Positions 11,933 through 24,045 of a stretch of 64,000 nt of DNA are shown here, in pieces. Within the stretch, counting starts at the first letter, position 1, and the number at the start of each line of letters is the position of its first letter. Position numbers and translations under genes: made by a program. The notes beneath the pieces were generated by a model. That model saw nothing but the letters and a program-made list of their open reading frames with translations, did no database searches and was not told the DNA's origin. Source of the stretch: Microbotryum violaceum (lineage: Eukaryota); NCBI GenBank assembly GCA_001244265.2, contig CDLV01000015.1, forward strand, positions 124,001 to 188,000. The letters are read 5' to 3'.

Positions 11933-13360
11933 ATGAGTCAGTAGACCCGTTCAATCTGCCCAGACGGGTCAGACCAGCTGACCAGACCTCTTCTCCTACA
12001 CTGCTCGCGACCTCGTGTGTCTCTTGCGCTGCATTCCCCCATCCGTTGTCCCCATCGAACCGTACAACTCCAACTACGAAACCACCACCCTTCGTCCGCC
12101 CACTCTTATCCTATGTGACCCACCCAGACCCGGCCATCACCAACCTCCTCTTCTCGCTCGGTGCGATGCGTCAGTCTCGTTCCACCTCTTGCGCCCGCCC
12201 CCCACCCACCCCTCCACCCCCCCAACTAACCCCGTGTTCCTCCCATCCGTCTGTCTATATGTGTCTGTGTATGATTCAATACAGAGGTCGCTCGCAAGAT
12301 TGATTTCGAGCAAAAGGACACGCTGCAACTCGTGCGCATCGGCTACGTCGCTTCCCAGCTCATCTGCCTCTTGGCCTATTACTACACTTCGCTCGTGGTA
12401 AGTACCTCCCTTTTTATTCGTGGAAAAAGATACGGAATGAACGCGCTCGAAGAGCTGGATGGGAGTTCGGGTAGGGTCTGCGGCGAGAAGTGATCGTCGT
12501 TTGACTGCAGAGCGGGCACGCGATAAGCGAGGATGACGTGGCTAGTGGTGGGAACGAATACGGCTCTCATCAGTCGGCTAGCGAAAAGATTTCCAGGTTC
12601 GTGTTGGCGGGCAAGACGAACGGAGGGGGGAGACAGCTTCTGCGCCTTGCATGTTAATCCCCCGAGGTCGCGTGACCCTCTGCGCGGACAATCGGCCGAC
12701 CATACACCCCAGAATTAAACCTATTCGACTCGGCACACGGACCTTGACACACCAAACCGATCTGTCTCCCTCCTCCAGATCAAGCGCAAGAACGATCTCA
12801 AGGTGCTGAAGTACGTTGAGCCCAAGGCGCCGATGCAACAAGAACCGGGAGCCCAAGTTACGACGACCAATCGCGACTATGACCTGTCCGAAGTTTCCAA
12901 GGCCGTGAGGAGTGTTTTAATTGGGATCGCTTTCGTGAGTTCTTGGCACCGAACCGCGGTCGGCTGCGAAGGATCGCGAGGACGTGGGTGTGGGTATGCT
13001 GATTCTGAGGTCGTTCGGGGTCGGGTTTCGGAACTACTAGATGGCCTTCATGCACGGGTACCTCAAGTACACCCAACCGCTCTTCATCCAAGGTATCATG
13101 GGCATCAAAGGACTGTACGAATCCAAGGTAAGCCCAAACAGAGGCCCCTCCCCACTCACCCCACCCCAAATTAAACTTAAAAATATCCTCCCATCCTCTA
13201 GATCCTGCAATTGCACATCCTCGGCCGTCCCGCCACCGGCGACCTCAAACGTCCTTTCGAACCCGCACCTTCGTTCTTGAGCCCCGCGGCGGCAAAGACT
13301 GAGGAGGCGCCTGTGCCGGCGACTTCGGCCGCGGCTGTGGAGGATAAGAAGACCAAGTGA
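11933..13360 (+). CDS. PHO88: Inorganic phosphate transport/ER targeting protein Pho88 (Snd3)
   Basis: Spliced product MNPAITNLLFSLGAMQVARKIDF...IKRKNDLKVLKYVEP...TTTNRDYDLSEV...QPLFIQGIM...PATGDLKRPF. The first coding exon is only 4 nt (ATGA). Confidence 0.93.
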
Positions 13361-13815
13361 GGTGGGAAAAAAGAGTCGAAAGGAGGGGGGCTGAGGACGG
13401 GACGGCGGGAACCTTCGTACAAAAATGAATCATTTGGGTGGCAGTGGACGCGGAGAAGATGGTGGGGTGGATGAGAAAGGTAGTCACTGGGTAGAGTAGA
13501 GTGTTGGGGGGAGGGAAGGAGCGTAATTCAAGAAAGACGCTGCACGGAAACTTGTTCGATCAAATGACCTGGTGGTCTGGCGGGTAGAGCGATACGTCGG
13601 AAAAGAGAGTCTTTGTGGAAGAATGTGGGTGGGTGGATTTGACTTGAATTTGGGCAAAATGGGATTCCATTCATCCTTGCCACACACGGCAAAAAAAAAC
13701 CTATGGCTGCTATAAGGGGCTTCAGGCGCGAGGGTTTCTGCGTGTTCACGCTGCTGTCGCTCTGCTGATACGGAGGCTAGTAGCAATCCGGAAGCGCCGC
13801 CTGGCAGCTAGAGGT

Positions 13816-14409
13816 TCATCGTAGCACCTTTATCTGGTCAGTAGCATACCGAGACAATTGTCGTCCGGCGAGTCGAAGATGGCTCACCCCGCTACGCTCC
13901 TCTTTGCCATCATACAGTCGGCAGCGTTCTTCGACTGGGCCTGATATTTAGTACAGGATCTGTTCGGCCCCTTGCAAACCTTGCGAATACAGATTTGGTA
14001 GTTGGGGTTATCGAAACTAGGATGGCCATCGCGAAATGCCAAGTTGAGCGTTCAAAGGAAACAACTGGCAGCGACTCGGGGCTTCAATAAAGCGCGCACT
14101 TACGCCGGTTCACAGTCGGCTATGCACATGCTGGGGTCGGAAAAAACTTAGGATCAGTTCATGGGTTCGTGCTGTCAGTTGATGAATCGATGTTTGGCGC
14201 TGGTACGTACTTGCACTTCTCGTTTAGGCTCGTGCAGTATCTGTCAAAACGTGTCGCACTCTGCTTCAGTCGCTTTGCTAAGCTGGTAAGAGGATACTCA
14301 TGGGGGAAAAGGTTCGTTACTGGATTCCGTCCTTCGACATGAAAGAGGCCAAGACTGTGCTAGTCAAAGCCGCGACGACGAGGGAGGCGATGCGGATCGA
14401 TGAGTGCAT
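13816..14409 (-). CDS. Small secreted cysteine-rich protein (8 Cys), candidate effector; not in the ORF track
   Basis: Exons 14409-14321, 14240-14211, 14130-14104 and 14016-13816, with GT-AG introns that are all phase 2. Product MHSSIRIASLVVAALTSTVLA-SFMSKDGIQYCTSLNEKCNMCIADCEPAFDNPNYQICIRKVCKGPNRSCTKYQAQSKNAADCMDGKEERSG...VLR*. A possible extra in-frame intron lies near the end. Confidence 0.82.
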
Positions 14410-15546
14410 GTCGGTTCGAGCAGTGAATGTTGTTGGAAAGTAATAAGATCTGAGGGTAGAGGGATGGGAAAGAAGTCAAGAGGGAGCGTGTGCCCAATTT
14501 TGATGTCCGAGGTGTGCGGTAGAATGGGGTAGAATTGCCGTGCAAAGCGCTGTCTCCTGTCGAGCAAACTTGCCTCTGAAGCACCGAACAAGTCAGCGAC
14601 GCCGCCTCGCGAGGAATGAGCGATGTTCCGGAGCTCTGGAGAGGTAGGTTAGGGTCCCGTGACCGAAATGGGGCAAAAGCATTGCAGTGTCGACGTGGCT
14701 GGTCCCCTCGAAAACGGATCCGGACGAGGAGACACTAAGCCAAGCTTTCCCGAGTATGTCGGGTTCCACAGCCGGAGTTGACTACCTGAAACTGCTACCC
14801 TGCCACGCCTTGTCAGAAGACGGCGAAGTGAAAGGCGCCCGCTGCACCAGTGTAACCGGTTCCGGACTCGGAACTCATGCGACTGCTCGCCGCGCCTCGC
14901 TTGCGCGGTCGTACTGGACAGGAGGTGGTTTCGGTGCAGGCAAAGTCGTGCATGTAATCAATGACAAGCTTGGAAGCAGGGTCCAAAGCTCGGAGCCATG
15001 AGAGAGTGAAAAGGTACGCCACTGGGACTTGGATGTACACCAATAGAGCAATACACGACTACCTTGCAGACCTGCGAGGCAGAGCCAAGCCTGGCCACTC
15101 GAAACGCCAGACGATCACAGAAAGCTGAGGGAGCCGCGGCGGGCTGTGCTTAGGAGTGCGAGGCTGGCTGGGAGGCTACGAAGCTCTTCCGTAATCACAA
15201 GCTGATTCCGTGTATTATAAATCAGTTCACGCTCACGTTGTTCCTGAGCTGTTCAGTTTCAGCTAGGAAACTAGACCTTACAGAGGTTGAGGGCGAATTT
15301 GAACCTCCCGGCGACAACCTTACTTACAACTTTAACCGACTGGGCCGGCTCCGGACACCCAGGAAACAAAGCACGCCGAGCCGATCGATGGCCCACTGCG
15401 GGCGCGGGCCCGCGACAGCCCGTGACACTCTTGGGTCCTGATCGGGGCCGAGCGTTTGAGGCGGTGTTCCGTCCCACCTCCGCTATCGCACCTCCTGGGA
15501 CCTCAAGTGTCATCGAACAGGAACGGGGACTGAGCCTACAAGCAAG

Positions 15547-18089
15547 ATGTCAACCCCTCTTTCCTACGGAGCGAGGTCAGTAACTCCTTGTCTGCTTAGC
15601 TTCGACCGTCAAACGCACTGGAGCTGATTCCTCCCTCGACGACGATTGATGACGTGTATGCGCTCCCCCTCCTCGACTTGGGGTTCACCGCGCCCAGTCT
15701 GCCGGATTCTATCCCGCTCGTCAATGCGCATACGGAGGCGTGGATCGCGCTTTTGCCGTCGCTGTCGAGTTATCTTGCTAGTCGAGCTCAGTGAGTACTT
15801 TGTCTACGCTGTACGAGTGAGAAACGGGATGTCCGTCCCCCCTCCCCACTTGTGGCAGGAGCTTTCACTCGATAGCCATCGTCTCCGCAACGCGAGATGT
15901 TCAAACCTCATCGAACCTTTGTCTTCGATCCCCAGACTCGAAAGGGATTACTCGACCAAACTATCCTCCCATCTCGGCAAGCTACGCCAAGCCGTTGCGC
16001 TCGAATCCTCGACCCGTTCCGGACCCGGTTCCGAGCAATTCTCCGGCTTGGAGAAAGCTTGGAGTGGGTTCTTGGAAGCGGAGGATTTGAAAGTTAGGGA
16101 AAGGTTCGGGTTGGGGGATAGGTTGGATAGAGGGGGAGTGGCGGTTGGAGGAGGTGGGGGTATAGGACCGGTTGGATTGGGCAGGAAGGCGGAGGAATTG
16201 GGCAATAGGTTGGAGAAGGGGAGGAAAAAGGTTGGTCACATGAGAACATTTCATTGATCTAGAGGATCTGAGAAGCTGAACATTCCCGCACCTTCCAAAA
16301 CCTTGGCCCCTCCCCTCAGCAAGAAGCTTTCGCGAGTAAATTACTCGCCGAACGCGATCAGACCTTTTCGAACCGCGAGAAATCACGTTCGACCTATTTC
16401 ACCGCCTGCGAGAACCTCGAAGCCGCTCGAGCTAAAAAAGCCTCGGGCAAATCCAACACGGACAAATACGAGAAAGCCTACTTCGTCGCCTTGGAAGAGA
16501 TGGGGATCGCGAAGGATCGTTATCTTTTGGATACGCAATTGGCGAATGAGGCGAACGAGAGGCTGTATAAGGTCGATTTACCGGCGTTGCATGATGGCTT
16601 TCAGAGGATTGAAAGGGTCGCTTTGGAGGCTTTCAAAGCCAATTTGTTGGACGTCGTTGAAGTCGAACGGGCCTCGTTGAGGACGATCGAAGCGAATTTG
16701 GATAACGCCAAAACGGTCGTGGAGGAGATCCGAGCCGATCAAGAACAGACGAGGTTCGTCGAACGACACCAACGCGACCGGAGCCTGGGATGGGAATTAC
16801 CCCTTTGCTGAAGTGGGAGGAATGCCCTATTTGGCACGATACGGACGCGTTCGACCTCGGCGACGGCTCGGTCACATTTCTGTTGAATGTCAAGATGAAG
16901 GATGAGGCAAGATTGGGGGAGCTGGGACCCGGGATAGAGGCGAAGAAGAGGGAGATCGAGGGATTGAGTCAGTTGGCCGATGCGTATGGGAGGGATCCGA
17001 AGTTGGGGGACGCGGGGGCCGTACTGGAGGTGAGTTTACGAAGAGACATGTTTTGTCCAGAAAGCTCCAGGCTAACCTCTATGTCCCTCACTTAGAACTA
17101 CTTTGAAGCGACCCGGGAAACGACCCTCTTACAAATCCAACAGGCCCATCTCCAAGCCGAACTCCGCCTCCTCACCGAGGCCTTGGGCGATCTCTCGACC
17201 ACCACCTTGAAAGCACACGACTTCAAATCCCATTCTTTCGTCACGCCTTCCGCCTGTGCAGTATGTGGACACTCGGTCTGGGGAAAGGGTTTGAGTTGCA
17301 AGACGTGCGGGAAGAATGTGCATCAAAAGTGTGAGTTGAAGGTTCCGGGTAGGTGTGGCATGGATGGTGGTGGTGCTGTGGGTGGGCGTAGGAGCTCGAG
17401 ACTGTCGATGGGGAATGCATCAATACTTTCGACGAATACGGAGTCGTCAACGGGTTTGGAAAGGACGACCAGTCGGACCGAGTCGATCGCGACAAACTCA
17501 GTAATGAGCGCCGGACCACCGAGGAGGACCCTTCCACCACCCATCACATCAGCTCCCACACCCTCCACCTCTACCACAGCCACAGCCTCATCTACAACGC
17601 CTTCAGCAAGTATGGCCTACGCCTACGCCGCCCAAACGGCGTTCGAACTCTCCGTCCAAGAAGGCGATCCCGTCGAGGTGGTTGAGGGAGTTGATGAGGC
17701 GGGGTGGGTGAAAGTTCGGACAAGGGATGGCAGGCAGGGCCTAGTGCCGGAGAGTTATTTGACGATGGTCGAAGGGACGACATCTTCAACGTCGGTGCCG
17801 AGCGGGAATGGAGGTCGTGGGGAGCTCGTCACTGCGCTTTACGCCTATGCAGCGCAGACAAACGAAGAACATTCGTTCGAGCAGGGCGAACAACTGGAGT
17901 TGACGGCTGACGTAGGGAGAAATGCAGGGGAAGGGTGGGCAGAGGTGTGGAAGGAGGGGAGGAAAGGGTTGGTGCCGCTTTCTTACGTGAGTTGTTCTCG
18001 AAGGGAAGAGGGAGAGATTGAGTGAGAGGAGAGCGCCACGCGGAACTGGTTTTTCCAACTTGTTCTTATGGGATCAGTTGGAGGCGTAA
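15547..18089 (+). CDS. BZZ1: BZZ1-like F-BAR + C1 + 2xSH3 endocytic protein; apparent 1-nt frameshift near 16800
   Basis: Coiled-coil F-BAR region (LERDYSTKL...KDRYLL), C1 domain HDFKSHSFVTPSACAVC...CKTC...HQKC, and two SH3 domains (ELSVQEGD...GWVKV; EHSFEQGE...GWAEV...GLVPLSY). Confidence 0.9.
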
Positions 18090-18201
18090 GAGAACGTTCA
18101 AGCTTCTGGCGGTGCGTAATGGATGTAAAGAAGTCGTGTTCTTGATTCATTTATCCTTTGCAAACATTGCCTCCGTGCATAATCGTGCGAACCTGGCACT
18201 C

Positions 18202-19390
18202 CTAGCGCCTCCCTCCTGATCTCTCGCTTCGACCCGTTGAACCCTCTTTCGTCCGTGATTCTTCCCTGTCAACCCTGTTTGAGTTCTTTTCCATCGCCAT
18301 CGCCATCGCCATCGCCTCATCATCCTCTTTCTGTTCCTTGATCCGTCTCGCTTCTTGTTCACGGAGGAGATCACTGTTCGGGAAAACCAGATTGAGAAGC
18401 GGAGGATCAGTGCTGGAGGCGCCTTTCTTTTCCTCCGGACGGGGAGTAACGGTGCATAATTCCAGGAATCGGTACGCACATCCTCTTCTTGGGGAACAAG
18501 CCTTTCTCCCCTTTTGGCAACTAAATCGATCCCACGCCACCACCACACTCTCCAAACATTAGCACTCGACACCGATCAAAGCCCGATCCCGAAGCTCCAG
18601 CCGCAGTCGAACTCACGTCATCCTCCACCCCCTCGACCAGTTCCCGCAATCCTTGTCCTTCCGGTCCGGAAAAGACAGCATAGAACGCCTTCTTGCCCGG
18701 CCCTTTCCCCCTATATTCCATCTTGATCGATGTAGGTCTAGGCCAAGGGTATCGGGTCGAACCGATGATACGCGGGTCAAGTCCCCAGGCAGCGGCGAGC
18801 TCGCCAGTGGGATCAGGTTTTTTTTCTTGAACTTCTTGGACCTCGACTTTGAGCATCGATTTGATCTTGTGCAACATCAAGACGGTGATCTCTTGCGCTT
18901 GCTCGCCGACCCCTTCCGGACCCAATTTGCGCCCTAGATCACTCTTACGACTGCCTTTAGGCAAACGCGAAGTTGCGTGCATTCGGGTCGTTAGAGTAAG
19001 CACCGTCAAGGATTGATTCACTTCTTCTCTCGTAGGTTCGTGGCTACGGTCGAGGAATTGAGAGATCGTCGAGGCTTGGGTGGAGAGCGTGATCATCGTG
19101 TGGTTCGGAGTCGAGTACATCGAGAGCTTGTAAGGCGAGCGCACACGGCGCACACGGCGCACACTTGGCGCGGTGGAGGACGGCGTAGGCTTTGGTCCGA
19201 GTCGGAGGAGGGCGGTGAGGTGTGGATTGGGGGCGTTGCGGTAAGGGACCGTGGTGGAGAAGACACGTTGAAGGGAGGGATGAGAGGGGCGTGCGGAGGA
19301 GTGCGGACATGACGGAAGCAGGGGGGGGCGGGTCGTGAGCCATGGTGTAGTGGCTGATGAGAGCACTCGTTTGCCGGTGGGTGCGAACAT
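18202..19390 (-). CDS. Hypothetical protein with mitochondrial-presequence-like N-terminus (3 exons)
   Basis: Long ORF with an R/S/T-rich, acid-free N-terminus. Two GT-AG introns join it in frame to LPKGEKGLFPKKR|IDLLREQEARRIKE...RR*. Family not recognised. Confidence 0.6.
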
Positions 19391-19718
19391 GGTCACCCGA
19401 GGAGTGTGGGTTGTGTGGATGAAGAATGACAAGCCCAGGTAGGAAGCAAGAAGGGACGCAATCCAGTCGCAATCCTTGGTCGGTCTCGTTCTGCGCGCGC
19501 CTTCGCTCTCCTTCGCCAGTGCTTCGCCTGCCTTCGCACCCCTGCTGCCCTCACCCGCGCTTGGCGGCGAACGACAGCGGCCGTTGCGAGCACGTGACCC
19601 GCTCGGCCCCAGACCGGCCTACACAACCTGGCGACCACTTTGAGCCGGTTTGGTTTCCCTCATTCCTTCTCCCCTCCCTCTCCCTCTCATCACCACCTTC
19701 TTCTCTTCAAGCGGAATC

Positions 19719-20630
19719 ATGCCTCGCACACCCAACTCGAGGCCGCGCACCTCGTCTCCAACTTTGTGGCTCACTACGGCGGTGGTGGCTTTCGTAGGAG
19801 TGGTCGTCGTCGGTGTCGTGAGCGGATGGAATGCTTCGGGCGAGCGGTCCAACTCGGAAGGCAAGAGCTCCGGGGGTGGGAATGCGACCAAGGGGAAGGG
19901 TAAGAAGAGGGAGGGGGATGATGGGGTAGGTTCTCTTGTTTCCTGTCCTTGCTAGGTGCCGCTTCGCCCCATTGCGATCGGGATAGCTGATGATTGTGCG
20001 CGTTGGCCAACACAGCATCCGACCGATCAAACTACGAGCACCTCCCCCTCTGTTTCCCTGCCCAATCTGAAAGAGTATAAAGGCACCCTAGCCCTCCTAC
20101 TGCCTTCTGTAAGCCACAACACTCATCTTTCCTTAGAATGCTTCACACAGCCACCCCACTAACGCCACCCTCCCGCCATCGGCGCACCTCCCCAAAAGGC
20201 GCCCACTTCCTCCCTCCTTTCTCTCCTCTCCCGTCCCCACTCCGCAGGTGGAATCACCACGATCTACATCCTCTACCCCATTCCCAAACCGGATCGAGAT
20301 CAACCTACCTTACCATTTTCGTCTGCGAGTATCGAGCGTTCCATTCCAAGCTCCGTTCATTTACTACCGTATACGGAACCCAATTCGCCGATCCATATGT
20401 GTAAAGCTTTGAACCCCGGTTACATCTTACTCCTCCCTCTCACCGTCGACCAACTCGTCCTCACGACCCCAAACAAAACATCGCCATCCATGACGACTCC
20501 GATACTTTCGTTGCAAGACCTACAAAAAGGCTTGCAAGGTTTCGGAGGCAATGGTCGACAAAGGTCCATTTTGAACGTGGATGATGGGGTAGAGGGCTTA
20601 GCAAAGGCTTTCGGGTTCCTGAGCAGTTGA
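19719..20630 (+). CDS. N-terminally anchored single-pass membrane protein, possibly PEX22-like (3 exons)
   Basis: TM segment LWLTTAVVAFVGVVVVGVV. Two phase-0 introns give an open product GTLALLLPS|APTSSLLSLL...TIYILYPIP...VHLLPYTEPNSPIHMCKALNPGYILLL. The gene is likely real; the family call is weak. Confidence 0.6.
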
Positions 20631-20972
20631 AAGTTGGGTAGTAAGTGTAATCTTTATTTGGGATGTAATCACTCAATTCGCGAGTTTAGGTACAAGGAAC
20701 GCGAACGCAATTGGTGAGAAAGCTGAAATTCGGTTTTATGTCGGCAAGGCTGCTAAAGAGAACGACTAGAGATGTGCGATGTGTGGAGGATACGGGGGTG
20801 AGAGCAACAAGGAGACGGGCTGAGGATGGGACTGATAAAACGAAAGGCGGAAAAAAGTGCAGATTGCGCAACAATATGGATGATGGTATGATACAATGGG
20901 CAGATCAGGTTGAGAAGAAGAGCCGAGTTGAATCCTGACGCGGGCAACAAGGGGCTCCAGCGCATGACACGT

Positions 20973-22511
20973 CTAACTCGATTGAGGTGGGAGGCTGAGT
21001 GGAGAGCGAGAGATGGGGTAGTAGCTGGCGCTGGAGAGAGGATACATGTCGATTGGACGCGGAGAAGGGTACATCGCTTCCTCTCGAGCTGGAAGCTGAG
21101 CCTGAGCGGTGTGGTACAAGACGACGGGTGCCTGAGAGAGGGTAGGTGTATTGGAAAAGACGCACGACTCGTACGACTGGAAGGACCTCCTTGGAGCTAG
21201 TGATGGTTCGATCGATTGCTCGCGAGACATCAGTCGATAGTCCTTATGATTGTCTGTAACTTGACTCCACTCACTCCCATGCTCGGCGACCCTCGCCCTC
21301 CAACTTTCAAACCACCTAGCGACCACCTCATCGACCGACCTGCCACACTCTCTCAGCGAAGGCAACAATCTCGCCTGATCCGACGCGTAGGGAGGATGAT
21401 GTTGCGTTTCGGGAGCGCGCTCATTCATCACCACATCCCATGAGTGTTCGCCTCGAAGGATGACCGAGTAGACGAGGCTGAAGTCTTCGGAAGGCGTCCA
21501 TGGGCGGAACGTCGGCGACGACATGGGAACGAAGGGCTCTGTGGAAGCACTACATCAGTTGTTCACGGTCGATCAGAGCAGATGAATCAGTTTCGATTCA
21601 CCTTTGAAGAAGTTGGCACTCTCTGCTTCGAATGGTTCGTGGACTGGCTTGCGCTCCTCGCTTTCGGCGCTTAACACAGGGGTCTTGATTGCGACGGACT
21701 TTTGCTCACGTTCCTCGTCTTCACCACCTTGATCCTGCACTTCCTCTCGTTTCTTGATCCTTTTGGAAGTAGTAGTCTTGGAGCTCGTGTTCTGATCCGA
21801 GGTGATCAACTTAATTGTCCTCTTCGTCTCCTTGAGCGACGTTTGTCGTTCCTTCTCCGTTCTCCTCCTTGCTTTCTTGCGGGACTCCGTCGCACCGCTG
21901 CTCTCAGCCGAAGGCAAAGTCGGATCCAAGACCGCCGGTGCAAATTTTGACGCAGCACCTCGCAACTTGGCATTTTCCTTGGGTACCGACTTGGTCTGCA
22001 CCAACCGCTTCCACTTGCTGATCGTCGCCGTCGCGCTCCTCCCAATCTGTCGTCCCACCTCTTCCCAATCGACTTCCTGTCCAGCCTTCTGATACCCCTT
22101 GACCAATCGAGTCAGAATGATATGGTGATCGGCCTTCCATTTGCGACGGACATTGGTTGAGCTGGCTGTGGGGGTGTTGGACTGGGTGGAGATGGTGCGA
22201 AGTGGGTATCGCATCACGGGTGTCGCAGAAGCATCGGGTGAGGTCTCTTCAGGACCAGAATCCGATGTCAAGGGCGATGAAGTTGAGGGTCGTGCGACGA
22301 CAACAGCAGTAGCGGCGGCTGAGGCGCTCCGCCGCACAGAGGGACGCGTCGAGGTTCTCTCCCCCACTTCGAGCTGCGAGTCGGCGTCGATTGCTGCTGT
22401 TGCTGCTGCGGGAGGACTTGTAGCATCTTAGCACCGACGTTCATCAAATTCTGTGGTAAGTGATAATAATCTACCACCTTCGAGAGCGTCCGAAGTTGAT
22501 GGCTGGCTCAT
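20973..22511 (-). CDS. Protein with two Myb/SANT-like repeats (at least 3 exons)
   Basis: Repeat 1 is KWKADHHIIL...VDWEEVGRQIGRSATATISKW. An intron (GTGAAT...CACAG) joins ORF 21573-22367 in frame to ORF 20973-21524, which carries PWTPSEDFSL...SWDVV...RSVDEVVARW. The 3' end is uncertain. Confidence 0.75.
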
Positions 22512-23362
22512 CTCGGGGCCGCCATAGGTGGGGTAAGGTGTCCAAAGTCAAAAACGAGCGCGTCGCACCAACTGGATGCATGCACTGAGCTCCCTACTGC
22601 CGTTGGAACCGCAGTCGTAGTATTCGGTGAACGCGGTTATGACCGCAGTTAGTTGTGATGTAGGAGCTTATACGCTTCACTTTTTCAGTGTCTTATTTCT
22701 TGTTCATTCAAAGCAATGATGTAGTAGAGCGGCGCTAATTTGGCATGTTACCAAAGAATATCACTCGAAGGCGCAAGATTCCTGCTCGGGCTCGACTTGT
22801 GAAATCGCCCAGTCGAGATCGGATCGACTCCTCGGCCCGTGATCCGATCAACCTCCTAAGTCTCCGAAAACGCCGAATTGCACCCAGATCTCGCCGAGAA
22901 AGTTGTTCTTCGTTTTCACTGAAACACATAGCAATCGTTAGTAGCGTGCAGTGAATAGTGGAGTAGGTGAATTCAGCGGCCGAATGAACTAACTAGAGCT
23001 GGCAAGTCGCGACCGCTCGCGCGCGCATGTCGACGTGATGTGGGGTGCGGGGACCTCCTGGTTGGAGGAGCCTGGACTCCCGAAGAGTTCTCTGTTGCCG
23101 GTTGGCAATCTGTAAGCGCCTCAGCGATTTTTTATCGTTGAACACTTTGCGTACTGCATTGCACCTTTTTCAGCTCATCATGCGGGCTTTCGGCCAACAT
23201 TCTTTGCTCCTTCTTTCGTTCGGCCCCGGCCCCTAAGCACTCGACTCGTTCAGGCGAACCCATTTCTAGCTCAGACCGCTTCACCTCAATTGTGGCGCCT
23301 GTTCGTTCGCGGTATTACTTTAGCAAGACTTTCTTGCAGCCCGACGAACTTCGGGAGGTCGT

Positions 23363-23405
23363 CTTCGAGCACGCTCACCGAGGCCTTCGAGCACGCTCAC
23401 CGAGG
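23363..23405. repeat. Tandem duplication, 22-bp period
   Basis: cttcgagcacgctcaccgagg at 23363 and 23385. Confidence 0.95.
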
Positions 23406-24045
23406 TCTTAGCACGGCGTGCTCGATCGACATTCAGTTTGTGAGAAACGTCGCCCAATGCTGATCACGCCGGCGGAGAGGGCGAAGGTTGGAGCGGCGAG
23501 CGACGACGTGGTGATTTATGTGGGAACGTATTTAGGTAGTTGAGATGAGGTGTTGATGGGCCAGGATGGTGCGATACCCACTTCTGATATCGAGCGTGAG
23601 CTTTTGCTTGATGGATTCGATCATGATCGGGCGAAAGGATATGCGAGGTGAAGGTCGGAGTCGAAGGTGTAAAGCCATTCTTCGCCTTCAAAACAGCAAC
23701 CAGCTCTTTCTTCGACGTCCGCTTCGATTCTTGATGGATTTCAGCAAGTAGGATCAACGGGATGGGTGTTAGGGATGATGAAGCGAGCGGTTTTACGGGA
23801 TCGAATACGACTGAATTCGGCAGGGCGAGATTGGAGAGGGAAAAGGCTTTTTTAGTCAAAGTCGGACAGGTGAGTAGGGTGGAGATTGAGTACTGGTTGC
23901 CTAAATAATCTAAAGATAGATCGTTATGATCTGGTTTGATATTACGAAGGAATGTCGTGAGCTGAAAGTCTCCTGCGAACGAAGAAGATTTCGAAAATCG
24001 CAATGCCGACACCGACGTCCCTCCACTGGCTTGTATCAGCCAGAT

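Noticed and set aside
12398-12778. Long PHO88 intron as a snoRNA host
   Set aside because: No canonical box C (RTGATGA) with terminal box D, and no clear H/ACA layout.
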